43,677 nucleotides of DNA from a virus (Duplodnaviria > Caudoviricetes). The stretch spans positions 1-43,677 of the IMG/VR virus record IMGVR_UViG_3300044109_000018; one strand, 5' to 3'. The notes under the pieces are model-generated. The model was not told where the DNA came from, ran no database searches, and saw only the letters and a program-made list of their open reading frames with translations. Positions 1-9,900 of the stretch are shown here, one piece after another (within the stretch, counting starts at the first letter, position 1; the number at the start of each line of letters is the position of its first letter). The position numbers were made by a program, and so were the translations under genes.

Positions 1-152
1 TCGACGGCGATGCGGGTGATCACATGTCCCTTTCACCCCCAGGTGTCGACGTCGACGCGGGCGAGCTGGACGGATCCCGCGGGCTACCTGCACACGGCGA
101 GCGTGACGGGCGTCGACAACCCGGAAGGCCGCTGCGTCGAGACGGTCTGTCT
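1..152 (+). repeat. Terminal duplication, copy of 43526-43677
   Basis: Identical except position 26 G vs 43551 T (TGT Cys vs TTT Phe). Confidence 0.95.
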
Positions 153-225
153 GTGCGTGGAGCTCCTGGCGGAGGTGCCGGTGGAAGACACGAGCTGGAT
201 TGAAGCCGGGTGGGCGGAGGGGTAG
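1..225 (+). CDS. Head-closure / head-tail adaptor, 3' part
   Basis: In frame with ORF starting at 43328 through the terminal overlap; ends TSWIEAGWAEG. Confidence 0.85.
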   Translation, partial: STAMRVITCPFHPQVSTSTRASWTDPAGYLHTASVTGVDNPEGRCVETVCLCVELLAEVPVEDTSWIEAGWAEG

Positions 226-1029
226 ATGCCGATCCCCGCCCTCTTCACGTCGCCGCGTCCGCACAACGACCTGAGCAAGTTCGGGCCGTCGCACTGGAAT
301 GCCGTCACGGCCTTACTCGAAAGCCTGCTCGATGGGCCGGAGGCGGACGGGACGGTCCTGACGCGGGACTCGGACTCCGCGACGGGGGCCGCCTGGAGCG
401 CGGGCGGGGCAGGACCCGAGGGACCGCAGGGGCCGGCCGGCACGAACGGGACGAACGGGGCGGCGGGGAGCCAGGGTATTCAGGGGATCCAAGGCATTCA
501 GGGGATCCAGGGCATCCAGGGCGAGATCGGACCGGCGGGCGAGAGTGGCCTGTCCCTGTTCCGGCTGACGGCGGACGGGAGCGCGATCGGGCCGACGATC
601 GCGGACTTCTTCGGGAGCAATTCCGCGTTCGTGACCGAGCTGGATGCGATCTACGAGTTCTTTTTTTATTTGAAGTTTCTCAAGACCACGAGCGCGGTCC
701 TGACGTTCACGCTGACGAACACGCAGGCGTACACCAATTTAGTGGCCGCCTTTCTCGGGAGCCAGTCGGGTGGCCTCGCGGCGTCGGTCTCCCACTTCGG
801 GGCCGGCGTGGTGGGGATGACGACCGCCGCGGCGGCGCTGCCGAACTCGAGCAGCATGACGACCGGCGGCAATCAGTCGATCGTGTTGCACGCGCTGGCG
901 GAGTGTGGGGCCGCGGGCAATATCCGGCTGCGTGTCACGGGCAGCACCGGGACCGTCACGCCGCTCAGGGGCAGTTACTACACGGTGCGCAAGCTCAGTG
1001 CCGGCAACGTCGGGAGCTTCGTCGCGTAA
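226..1029 (+). CDS. Collagen-repeat neck/head fibre protein (267 aa)
   Basis: About 15 G-X-Y triplets including (GIQ)5 at 412-549; beta-rich C-terminal domain; lies among neck genes. Confidence 0.75.
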   Translation: MPIPALFTSPRPHNDLSKFGPSHWNAVTALLESLLDGPEADGTVLTRDSDSATGAAWSAGGAGPEGPQGPAGTNGTNGAAGSQGIQGIQGIQGIQGIQGEIGPAGESGLSLFRLTADGSAIGPTIADFFGSNSAFVTELDAIYEFFFYLKFLKTTSAVLTFTLTNTQAYTNLVAAFLGSQSGGLAASVSHFGAGVVGMTTAAAALPNSSSMTTGGNQSIVLHALAECGAAGNIRLRVTGSTGTVTPLRGSYYTVRKLSAGNVGSFVA

Positions 1030-1445
1030 TGGCCATGAACCGCCTCACGTGGGTCGGGCTCGACGAGTTGAAGAACGATCTCCGCCTGCTGCCCGTGGCG
1101 CTCGGCGGCGAAGGCGGGAAGATCGCCGAAGGGCACGCGAATGGCGCGGCGGCCACGATTAAAGCCGGGTATCCAGCGCGGACGGGGAATCTCCGGGACA
1201 AGGTCGTCGTCGTCCACACACGCGGGGCGTTCGGGGCGAAGTCGATCGTGAAGAACACGTCGAAACACGCACGCGTCTTCGAGAGCGGCAGTCAAGCGCG
1301 GCACACGGAACTCGGCGCGAATCGTGGGGCGATGCCGCCGAATCCGATCTTCACCCAGACGGTGATGCGGGCCCGGCGGGCGATGTATGCGGACTTGATC
1401 GCGCTCATGGAACGGCACGGGCTGACGGTCACGGGGTCGATGTAA
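1029..1445 (+). CDS. HK97 gp10-like tail completion protein (138 aa)
   Basis: GLDELK...PARTGNLR...VFESG...GAMPPNP motifs; TAATG overlap. Confidence 0.8.
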   Translation: MAMNRLTWVGLDELKNDLRLLPVALGGEGGKIAEGHANGAAATIKAGYPARTGNLRDKVVVVHTRGAFGAKSIVKNTSKHARVFESGSQARHTELGANRGAMPPNPIFTQTVMRARRAMYADLIALMERHGLTVTGSM

Positions 1446-1912
1446 TGCCGGACAGCTCGCTCATTGGTCTGGCGCTCGTCGAGAAGTTGGCCGCCGATGG
1501 GACGCTGACGGCGCTCCTCCCGGACGGGGTGTGGCGGAAGGTCGCGCCGAAGAATGCGAAGCGGTTCGCGATCGTCAGTTTGATTGACGGGGTCGACGTC
1601 GGGCAGTTCGGCGGCCGGGCCTACGAAGACGCGTTGTATCTCGTCGAGGCGCGCGTGCTCTCGACGGTCGTCGGCGGGAACGTCTACGCGGCCGCGGCGC
1701 GGATTGAAGTCTTGCTTGAAGATCAGCCGCTCGACGTCGCGGGCTATGGGTGGATGACGATGCACCGTGAGGAACCGATCGAGGACACCGACGTTGACGC
1801 CGTCGATACCACGATCCAGTGGCACCGGGCCGGGGGCCACTACCGGGTCCAGATGAGTGTCGGCTACGTCGCGCCGCCGTTGGCGTGGGTCGCTGGGGGG
1901 TGGATTGCCTGA
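1445..1912 (+). CDS. Tail terminator (DUF3168-like)
   Basis: LAADGTLTALL..GVW..APK N-terminus; position after gp10-like gene. Confidence 0.75.
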   Translation: MPDSSLIGLALVEKLAADGTLTALLPDGVWRKVAPKNAKRFAIVSLIDGVDVGQFGGRAYEDALYLVEARVLSTVVGGNVYAAAARIEVLLEDQPLDVAGYGWMTMHREEPIEDTDVDAVDTTIQWHRAGGHYRVQMSVGYVAPPLAWVAGGWIA

Positions 1913-3363
1913 TGCCTGGTGACGTGCACGTCCGCTCGCCGTTTCAATCGACGTTCCCGGACACAGCGAATCCGCTGTTGTTCCAGCCGTCGCACCAGAA
2001 TGCGGACCGGTTGTTCAGTGGAGGGGTGGACGGGGAGATCCTCGTGCGGGCGGCGGGGAGTGCGACGGGGGCGGCATGGAGTGCGGCCAGTAGTGGATTG
2101 CCGACCGGGGTCGCGGTGGGATCCGTGCTGGTGAGTAATGGGATCGGGGTGACGCCGGTGTTCAGTGCGTCACCCGTACTGACGAGCATTCCGTTTCTCG
2201 CGAGCCCCACCGAGTTCTATCCGTGGCTGGTCGATCTCTCTGCGGTAGATGCAGACTCGCCCGCGTTTCGCTTCGGCGTCAGGGTGATGGCTGGCGTCAA
2301 CGGCGCGGACCCGCGCGCGGACGTCGTAGCTACGCTCGGCTGGAACCTGCAAGCGGGGAGTGGCCGGTTCGATACGAGCGAGGTCGCGCAAGGGTTGTCC
2401 TTCGAGAATTACTACGTGGCGAACGGGATCCCGCAAAGCGAACTCCATCTCACGTCGTTTGACCTCAACGGCCTGGAACATCGGGCCATCTCGATCGGCT
2501 CGCCTCGCGACGGCGGCGCGGGATCCAGCGTCGGGTTTGAGGGCGACCGTTTTTACTTCCGCAACTACGCGGGGACGATCAAGATCCAGTGCGACTTCGC
2601 GTCTGCGACTGGCGGCGCGCTGATCCTGCCCGAAGGCGTGGCGCTGCAATTCGACGTCAACAATGTGCCAGTCGCGAAACAGATCAATGCGACCGGCGCG
2701 GCCTTCCTGACCCTGCCGTATATCAATGCGGACAATCGGCTGGTGATGCCCAACGCGCCGCTCCTGATCGGGGCGACGCCAACGACCGGATCGTACCCGA
2801 ACATCTTCGCGACGCTGCAGGCCACGACGCTCCCAGCCGAAGGTCGGTTGCTCGACGGCGCGATGCCCTCCGTCACCGGGAACGCGTACGCCTTCCACTT
2901 TCAGGGATCGTGCACGGGCCAACAGATTGCGCGGCTCTACAACTCGAACAACACGAGCGGCGCGGATTCCGTCCTCTGGATTGATTCACGTGAGGCGGGC
3001 GGCGATCCGTATGTCCGCTATTACGCAAACGGCGCGTTCGCGTGGGCGGTCGGGCTGGACCGCTCCGATAGCGCGAAGTTCGTCTGGTCGCAGACGACGC
3101 CCGGCAACGCGACGAAGATGGCGCTCACGACGGCGGGCGACCTCTCGGTGCTGGGCGGCGCGAACATCGGCGCGCTCACCGGCAACGCCAACGCGATCCT
3201 CGATGTGCAGAGCACCACCAAAGCCTTCATGCCGCCGCGCATGACCACGACCCAGCGGGACGCGATCGCCAGCCCGACGGCTGGAATGGTCGTCTACAAC
3301 TCCACGACTGGCAAGATCAACGTCCGCGGCGCCGCGGCGTGGGAAGCGGTGACCTCCGCATGA
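1912..3363 (+). CDS. Fibre/spike-like virion protein (483 aa)
   Basis: TGATG overlap; shares N-terminal module with 226-1029; C-terminal STTKAFMPPRMTTTQRDAIASPTAGMVVYN fibre-type motif. Confidence 0.7.
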   Translation: MPGDVHVRSPFQSTFPDTANPLLFQPSHQNADRLFSGGVDGEILVRAAGSATGAAWSAASSGLPTGVAVGSVLVSNGIGVTPVFSASPVLTSIPFLASPTEFYPWLVDLSAVDADSPAFRFGVRVMAGVNGADPRADVVATLGWNLQAGSGRFDTSEVAQGLSFENYYVANGIPQSELHLTSFDLNGLEHRAISIGSPRDGGAGSSVGFEGDRFYFRNYAGTIKIQCDFASATGGALILPEGVALQFDVNNVPVAKQINATGAAFLTLPYINADNRLVMPNAPLLIGATPTTGSYPNIFATLQATTLPAEGRLLDGAMPSVTGNAYAFHFQGSCTGQQIARLYNSNNTSGADSVLWIDSREAGGDPYVRYYANGAFAWAVGLDRSDSAKFVWSQTTPGNATKMALTTAGDLSVLGGANIGALTGNANAILDVQSTTKAFMPPRMTTTQRDAIASPTAGMVVYNSTTGKINVRGAAAWEAVTSA

Positions 3364-3551
3364 CCCCTGAACAGCACGCCAAACTCCTCGATCAGTACGT
3401 GCGGATCGCGATCGGCAATCTTGTCATCGACGTCGCCGCGCTCCGAGCCGAAAACGATCTGCTCAAAGCGCAGCTCCAGAGTCTCTCACCCCCGGTCCCC
3501 GTCCCGTCTGACGAGGCGGGATCGGTTCACGCATCAGAGGAAGGGACGTAG
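3360..3551 (+). CDS. Small coiled-coil protein, possible fibre chaperone
   Basis: ATGA overlap; heptad VAALRAENDLLKAQLQSL. Confidence 0.55.
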   Translation: MTPEQHAKLLDQYVRIAIGNLVIDVAALRAENDLLKAQLQSLSPPVPVPSDEAGSVHASEEGT

Positions 3552-3554
3552 CCC

Positions 3555-4058
3555 ATGTCTGTTACCGCAGAACTCCGCCTCAGTGTCACCGGCAAACAGG
3601 TCAACGCAGGGGATCTGGGATCGCCCGTGCATCCCTTCTCGCTCACCTCGTCCGAAAGCTTGATCAGCGGCGTCGGCGCGGGGGCGGTCGACCGCGTCTT
3701 CACCGACGAGCGCACCTTGGCCGCGAGCGCCACGGAGGATCTCGATCTCGCGGGCGTGCTCGCCGATATGTTCGGCGCGCTCATCACCTTCGCTAAGGTC
3801 AAGGCGATCATCATCCAGGCGGCCGACGGCAACACCAACAACATCAACGTCTCGCGTCCGGCGGGCGCGACGGGCGTGCCGATCTTCCTCGCGATCTCGG
3901 ACGGGTTCGTGCTCCCGCCCGGCTTCACCTTCGCGTGGTTCGGATCGGGCGCGGGCGTCACCGTCACGGCGACGTCGGGCGATCTCATCACGATCACCAA
4001 CGCGGCGGGTGGGACGTCGGTCACCTACAAAGTGATCATCCTCGGCACCTCGGCGTAA
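3555..4058 (+). CDS. Putative virion structural protein (167 aa)
   Basis: Purine-rich SD upstream; beta-rich; in tail operon. Confidence 0.6.
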   Translation: MSVTAELRLSVTGKQVNAGDLGSPVHPFSLTSSESLISGVGAGAVDRVFTDERTLAASATEDLDLAGVLADMFGALITFAKVKAIIIQAADGNTNNINVSRPAGATGVPIFLAISDGFVLPPGFTFAWFGSGAGVTVTATSGDLITITNAAGGTSVTYKVIILGTSA

Positions 4059-4091
4059 ACCTTCGGCAGTCAAGAGAACAGGACAAGTTAA

Positions 4092-4511
4092 ATGGCCGCA
4101 ACCGATCGCATCTCGGGCCGCTACGGGTTGATCAAGATGGACCCGACCGGCGTCGGCACCGCGGCGGCTGTCGCGGTGGCCTCGATGAACAAATGGGACC
4201 TGGACCTCTCGAAAGAGAAGTTCAAGGTGACCTGCTTCCAGGATCCCAACCACATCTACGTCGACGGGTTCCCAGACATCAAAGGGTCGTACTCCGGATT
4301 GTACGACCCGGCCGACGGGCTGGTGATCTTCGACGTGATCTTCGGCTCCGTCAAGCCGTACGTCGAGCTGCTCCCCGATTCGAACACGCCGCTCGTGCTC
4401 TTCGGGGGCATTGCGCTCCTCGACGGGAAGATCGCCGTCGACGGGAACGGCACCGTCGGGATCAGCGGGTCGATTACGGCCGCCGGGCCGTGGGTCATCC
4501 CGGGCGCGTAG
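4092..4511 (+). CDS. Major tail tube protein (139 aa)
   Basis: ISGRYG..WDLDLS...VTCFQD...YVDGFPDIKGSYSG pattern; upstream of chaperone and tape measure. Confidence 0.75.
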   Translation: MAATDRISGRYGLIKMDPTGVGTAAAVAVASMNKWDLDLSKEKFKVTCFQDPNHIYVDGFPDIKGSYSGLYDPADGLVIFDVIFGSVKPYVELLPDSNTPLVLFGGIALLDGKIAVDGNGTVGISGSITAAGPWVIPGA

Positions 4512-4515
4512 GCCG

Positions 4516-4782
4516 ATGCTGACCGGCGTCCAGGGCCAGATCCGCTGGCACCACTACTCGTGCGCGGCGGTGCATGGCTTCACCGTCGCGCGGGGGAAGG
4601 ATCGGCGGACCTGGTCGCTCGTCGGGATTGTGGGCGTGACGAACGCCTTCAACCTGACCCAGACCCCGCTGACCTTCGTCGCGCCGCACGCGAAAGGATC
4701 GTGGCGCTGGCCAGTCGTGTCGTTCGTCGTGGACGCCAACAAGAGACTGACCGCGAAACTCGGACCGCTCCAGGAGAAGTAA
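4516..4782 (+). CDS. Hypothetical tail-region protein (88 aa)
   Basis: ORF fills the gap between tube and chaperone genes. Confidence 0.55.
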   Translation: MLTGVQGQIRWHHYSCAAVHGFTVARGKDRRTWSLVGIVGVTNAFNLTQTPLTFVAPHAKGSWRWPVVSFVVDANKRLTAKLGPLQEK

Positions 4783-4786
4783 CCGC

Positions 4787-5182
4787 ATGTCGCACTCTCG
4801 CGTCGTCAACCCGGGCCTTGAGCGGCTCCACTTGTCGGACGGGGACTTCGTCGACGTCTCGCGCGAGCTGAACGCAGGGGAGTACTACGACATGCTCATC
4901 GCGCAGGCTGACCGGCAGCCGTTCGCGAAGATTCTGGCGTACGTCGTCGGCTGGTCGTTCATTGGGCTCGACGGGCAACCGTTGCCGTACAGCCTCGAGC
5001 TGAACGAGACCGTCCGGCGGAGCACCGTCCGCGCGCTCGACAAGGCGACCGTTCGGGAACTGATCGCCGCGCTCGACAAGCACGAGAAGACGGAAGACGC
5101 GAAGGCCGCGGAAAAAAAAACCGTCCAGCCTACCGCGAGCACGTCCTCCGGGCCCTCGTCATCGGCCAGCGGCTCGGGATGA
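4787..5182 (+). CDS. Tail assembly chaperone (gpG-like)
   Basis: Position before tape measure; A9 slippery run at 5112-5120. Confidence 0.8.
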   Translation: MSHSRVVNPGLERLHLSDGDFVDVSRELNAGEYYDMLIAQADRQPFAKILAYVVGWSFIGLDGQPLPYSLELNETVRRSTVRALDKATVRELIAALDKHEKTEDAKAAEKKTVQPTASTSSGPSSSASGSG

Positions 5183-5265
5183 GCTACGACGAGGTCCGCG
5201 CCCTCCCGCGTCACGTCTACGCGATCGCCGACGAAGAACTCAGAACAGAGACGACCGAACCCTAA
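4787..5265 (+). CDS. Tail assembly chaperone gpGT-like, via -1 programmed frameshift
   Basis: GAA AAA AAA ACC; the -1 frame reads NRPAYREHVLRALVIGQRLGMSYDEVRALPRHVY...EP and stops at 5265, directly before the tape measure ATG. Confidence 0.85.
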
Positions 5266-6987
5266 ATGGCCATCACCGCCAAGTTCGAAGCGGACTTCCA
5301 GGACTTCAAGCGGGGAGTCACCGAGGCCGAAGCCAAGCTCGAAACCCTCGGGGCGAGCGCGGGACGGGCGGAGCTGAAGCTCGTCAAGATGACGGGCGCG
5401 ACCTCTGCGGGGGTGGCGCCGGCGAACAATATCCGGCTGGCCTATTCCCAATTCGACGGCGCGCTCCAGTCGGTGGGCGTGCACATCGGCCCCCAGATCA
5501 AAGCGATCGAAGACCTGCAGATGGCGACCGGGAAAAGCGCCGCGGGGATGAGCGGCATGGCCAAAGCGGGCGCGGCCATCGGCGTCGGCGTGGCGGCCTG
5601 GGGGATCACGCGCGCGGCGATGGAGTTCTTCGAGCTCGACAAGGCCGTGGCGCAGACGTGGACCTCGATGCTGGGGTGGGGCAACGTCGCGGTCGAACAG
5701 GCGGGCGCGAAGGCCGATGTCCTCGCGCGTGCCAGCGCGACCGCCGGCCGCGAGATCACCCGCATGGCCGAGGCGATCGCTATCAACGAGGCCGAGCACA
5801 AACGGTGGAAGGGGCTCATGGAGGCCCCCGCCAAGCTGGCCGCGTTTGAGAAGTCGCTGGCCGCCGTCGACGCCGAAGCGGCGAACCTCTCGACGACGCA
5901 GATGGATCTCATCAAGCGTTCGCTCGAACTGGGGATCAGCACTGCGGACATTGCGGCGGGCATGTCGCTCTCGAAGGACGCGGTCGAGGTGTACGCGGGC
6001 TCGCTCGACAAGCTCGCGCAGTTCGCGAAGCAGGCCGCCGACAGTGCGGAGCGCCTGGCGAAGCTCGACGCGAAGAGCGTCCAAGAAACCGCCGACCTGT
6101 GGCGCGACTTCGGGGTCGAGAAGATCCGGCAGAGCGGCACGGTGACCGACGCGCAGATTGCGGAGATCAATCGCTGGCGCGACCACGAGATCGGCCAGTT
6201 GAACAGCAGCACGGCCGATTACCAGAAACACAAGGCCGCGATCGTCGCGGTGTCCAAACAGCAGGCCGACGCGCAGATGGTCGACTGGGACTTCCTGCAG
6301 ACCCATTCGATCGAGGGCCTGCAAAACGTCGCCGACAAAGCCAAGGCCACGTACGACGAGATGCGCTTCGGGGCGCGGACCTTCACCCGCGAAGAGCTGG
6401 AGGCCCAGCTCCAGAAGGTGCACGAAACGGCCCGTGCCGCGACGGGCATGGGACAGGCCTTCGACGACGCGATGACGCCGCCCGAAGGGGGCTGGGCGTT
6501 GATGCCGACGCTGGATCAGATCCAGGCCAAGAGCGACGCGCTCCGGAAATCCTTCGTCGCGATGGGCCACGTCATCAGCAACCTGGACGGGAGCAAGGGA
6601 TCCGATCTGGGGAAGTCGTACGCGCGCGGGCTGAGCGAGTTCGATCCGTCGCTCGTCGAGATGTACCGCAAGATGGGCTTCGAAGACTGGCAGATCTTAA
6701 ACCTCCTGCTCGGCCTCGCGCAGGTCTGGGACTACCAGTCGACGATCGACGCGAAGAAATCCGGGAGCGCGGGCGGGGCTGGCGGTCCGCTGTCGGCCGG
6801 CGGCGGGGGGGGATCTGGATCGGGCGGACGGCTGAGCGCGGGCGGCGGCGCGGGCGTCATTACCGTCACGGTCAATCAGACCGTCAGCGGCGTGTTCGAT
6901 CCGGCCTCGAAGCACGCGATCGCGGCGGCCGTGAAAGATGAAGTCCTCAAGGGCCTGAAGCAAGCCAAGCAACTGGGAGTCGGCTGA
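5266..6987 (+). CDS. Tape measure protein (573 aa)
   Basis: Ala-rich helical; AITAKFEADF start; follows G/GT chaperones. Confidence 0.85.
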   Translation: MAITAKFEADFQDFKRGVTEAEAKLETLGASAGRAELKLVKMTGATSAGVAPANNIRLAYSQFDGALQSVGVHIGPQIKAIEDLQMATGKSAAGMSGMAKAGAAIGVGVAAWGITRAAMEFFELDKAVAQTWTSMLGWGNVAVEQAGAKADVLARASATAGREITRMAEAIAINEAEHKRWKGLMEAPAKLAAFEKSLAAVDAEAANLSTTQMDLIKRSLELGISTADIAAGMSLSKDAVEVYAGSLDKLAQFAKQAADSAERLAKLDAKSVQETADLWRDFGVEKIRQSGTVTDAQIAEINRWRDHEIGQLNSSTADYQKHKAAIVAVSKQQADAQMVDWDFLQTHSIEGLQNVADKAKATYDEMRFGARTFTREELEAQLQKVHETARAATGMGQAFDDAMTPPEGGWALMPTLDQIQAKSDALRKSFVAMGHVISNLDGSKGSDLGKSYARGLSEFDPSLVEMYRKMGFEDWQILNLLLGLAQVWDYQSTIDAKKSGSAGGAGGPLSAGGGGGSGSGGRLSAGGGAGVITVTVNQTVSGVFDPASKHAIAAAVKDEVLKGLKQAKQLGVG

Positions 6988-9900
6988 TGTCCGTCGTCAC
7001 GTTGACGGCGATGACGGGCGTCGTCGCGACGTCCTACGCGGCGGCCTGGGATCCGGTCGCAGCCGGCTGGAGCGCGACGTCGGTCAACGGGAATAGCGGC
7101 ACCGTATCGATGTTCGGCGGCGGATCGTTCCCCTCTCCGATCTTCAGCGTGGCCGGGACGCTCGTCGATGACGGCACAACCGTGCCGCTCGACGCGATTA
7201 TTTCTGACGTCACGGTCGAGTTCGACTGGGAGCTCGTGATCGCGTCGCCGCTTGAGATGCGGCTGTTCGCCGCGGATATCATCACGGCGCCTGGCGACAG
7301 TGGATCAGCCGTGCTCCCGAGTGGCCCGATGGACCGGGCGACGCTCTATGGTTCGGGCTGGGGCTGGCAAGTCGAAGCCATCAACGGCGAGCCGACTGAC
7401 GGCCAAGTCATCATCGGCGCGTACACCGTCCATGTCACCTACACCCTGCCCACGCCAGAGCCGCCCGAACTCACGATCGCGATGGAGGGCGTCGACCCGA
7501 TCACGGTGTGCCCGCGCGTGGCGGACGACGTCCTGATCGAAGACGCGCTCGACGAGGCGCCCACGACCGCCCGCCTGACCATGACCCCGCTGCCTCCCGG
7601 CGCCGCGCCGCTCCGGATCGACGCGTACGGGGTGCCCCTCTTTCGTGGGCACCTCCAGACGATCGAGGAGATCTACGAAGGCAAGCCGACCCAGCTCGCG
7701 CACTACGTCTCGGCCATCGACCGCGTCTGGCTCCTGAATCGCCGCCGGCCGTTCGGCAGCTACGTCGACGTCTCGGCGTCGGACATCGTGCTCGATCTCA
7801 TGGCGACGTTCGCGCCGGACTTCGATACGTCCTTCGTCCAGACGGACTTGCTCCCCATCACGATCAGCTTCGACGGGACCGAGGACTTTGTCACGTGCCT
7901 CTCCCGGATCGCGCGGGCGGTGGTGAGCTGTCATCACTACATCGGGAACCTCGATCCGCCGGACCTGCATTTCTTCTACGCGGAGCCGCCGGAGACCTCG
8001 TTCGGGGCGACGGGGATCCCGGGCCCGACGACCGCGCTGACCGTCACGGAGACGGCCAATCTCGTGACGGGCGGGGGGGGCGTCAGTGCCACGGCGATCT
8101 TCAAATACCGCGTCCGCTACAAGTACGCCGACGGCCGCGTCTCGGGGTGGGGCCCTATCTCGAATCTCCTCTATCGGTCGGCGGGCGGGTTCACGGCGCT
8201 GTTCAGTGGGATTCCGATCGGCTCGGCCTACGACGGCCAGGCGGTGGTCGCGCGGCAGATCTATTGGATCAACGTGAGCGACGGGTTCCATTCCTGGTTC
8301 CCGTACTTCCAGGTGGTCGACAACACAACCACGAGCTGGGACTTTGATTCGGGCGACCTGCCGCAGCCGTCCCCGATTGGCTTGCCCGGTCAGGCGGGGC
8401 TCCCGATCTTCCCGAACAGCTTCGGGCCGTCGTCGGTCCCGACGCGTCCACGTCCGGCCGCGCTCGGCGCGTTGACACCAACCGTGACCGGCACCAACAA
8501 CCCATGTGGCGAGACGATCGGCGCCTCGACCGATTACCTCTTCGCGGTGACCAGTGTCGCCGCCGATGACACGGAGTCTGAGTTCGGCACGGTGTCCGGA
8601 ATCGTCACGCAGGTTGCGGGCACGCTGAAGAAATTTAGTTTTACGAGCGTGCCTGTGGGCGCAGCGGGCACCGTCTACCGCAAGGTCTTCGCCGCCTCGG
8701 CCCCGGCCGGGACGCCGCCAGTGTTCGATCCGGTCGGGTTCCCGAACCTGATCCAGGGCTGGCTGATCATCCCGGACAACACGACAACGACCCTCGACGA
8801 TACCAATCGGTGCTTCGCAGTCGGTGCCAACGGATTTCTTAACGCGGCGATCCCGGGCGCGCTGCACGAGAACGGGCCGGACCTCGAAGGCGGGGACGAT
8901 CCCGATCCAATCGACGACCTGAGCTGTGTCCTCGACGATCCCCAGATCCGCTCGACGTGGGACTGGTCTCAGCTCCGGAATCGCGTCTTCGTGAAAGGCG
9001 CGGGGACCGTGCTGAGTGCGGTGGAAGCCCCTGGCACCTCGGCGCTCAGCGTGACGGATACCTCGCTGTTTGTCGGCGCGGCCGGACAGATCCTGGTCGG
9101 CACGCGCGTGCTCGACTTTGACGGGGCCTCAGGCGGCGCCGTGAATCTGACGGCCGTGCTCCCGGCGCCCGGCTTCGCGATCGGGACGCCGGTGAGTCTC
9201 TGGATCGAGCGCAACGACTACGCGGCCCAGCTCGATCTCGCGGCCTCGGAAGGCGGCGACGGCATCCACGAATACACCGTCGTCGACACGTCGCTGACGA
9301 CCCTCCAGGCGATGGCCGACCGCGGCGACGCCGAGCTGCTCCTCTTCAGCCGGCCGATCCTCACGGTGATCTATGCGACGCGGGATCCCAAGACCAAGGC
9401 GGGCAAGACGATCGCGTTCAATCTCACCAACCCGCCGCTCGTCGCGACCTTGAAGATCCAGAGCGTGGCGATCGACCAGGTCGTCATCGCCAACACCCTG
9501 ACCCCGCGCTATACCGCGACGGCGAGCTCCGTCCGGTTCTCGCTCGAAGACCTCCTGCTTCGGGACGGCACCGGGGCGGCGGGGGCGAGCGGCGGGAGCG
9601 GCGGGAGCGGCAGTTCGGGCGGCGGCGGCAGCCCAGGCCCGACGGGCGCCACGGGGCCGACCGGGGCGACGGGACCGGCGGGGCCGCCGACCACCGACGC
9701 CTCGCTCCTGACCAGCGGCACCCTGCCTGATGGGCGCTTCCCGGCGACCCTGCCGGCGGCCTCAGGCGTCAACCTCACGGCGCTGAACGCGACGAATCTC
9801 GCCTCTGGCACGGTTCCTGACGCCCGATTCCCTGCTACCTTGCCCGCGGCGTCCGGTGTGAACCTGACCGCGCTCAACGCCACGAACATCGCGAGCGGGA

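Noticed and set aside
210-1028. Upstream extensions of ORF-track calls (210, 1819, 10673, 12289, 14175, 35161, 36695, 38877)
   Set aside because: They overlap real upstream genes; internal starts with stop/start coupling or SD fit better.
4885-8867. Long minus-strand ORFs (4885-6570, 7305-8867) and similar ones at 37933-39399 and 34562-35713
   Set aside because: Antisense shadows of GC-rich structural genes with no recognisable motifs.
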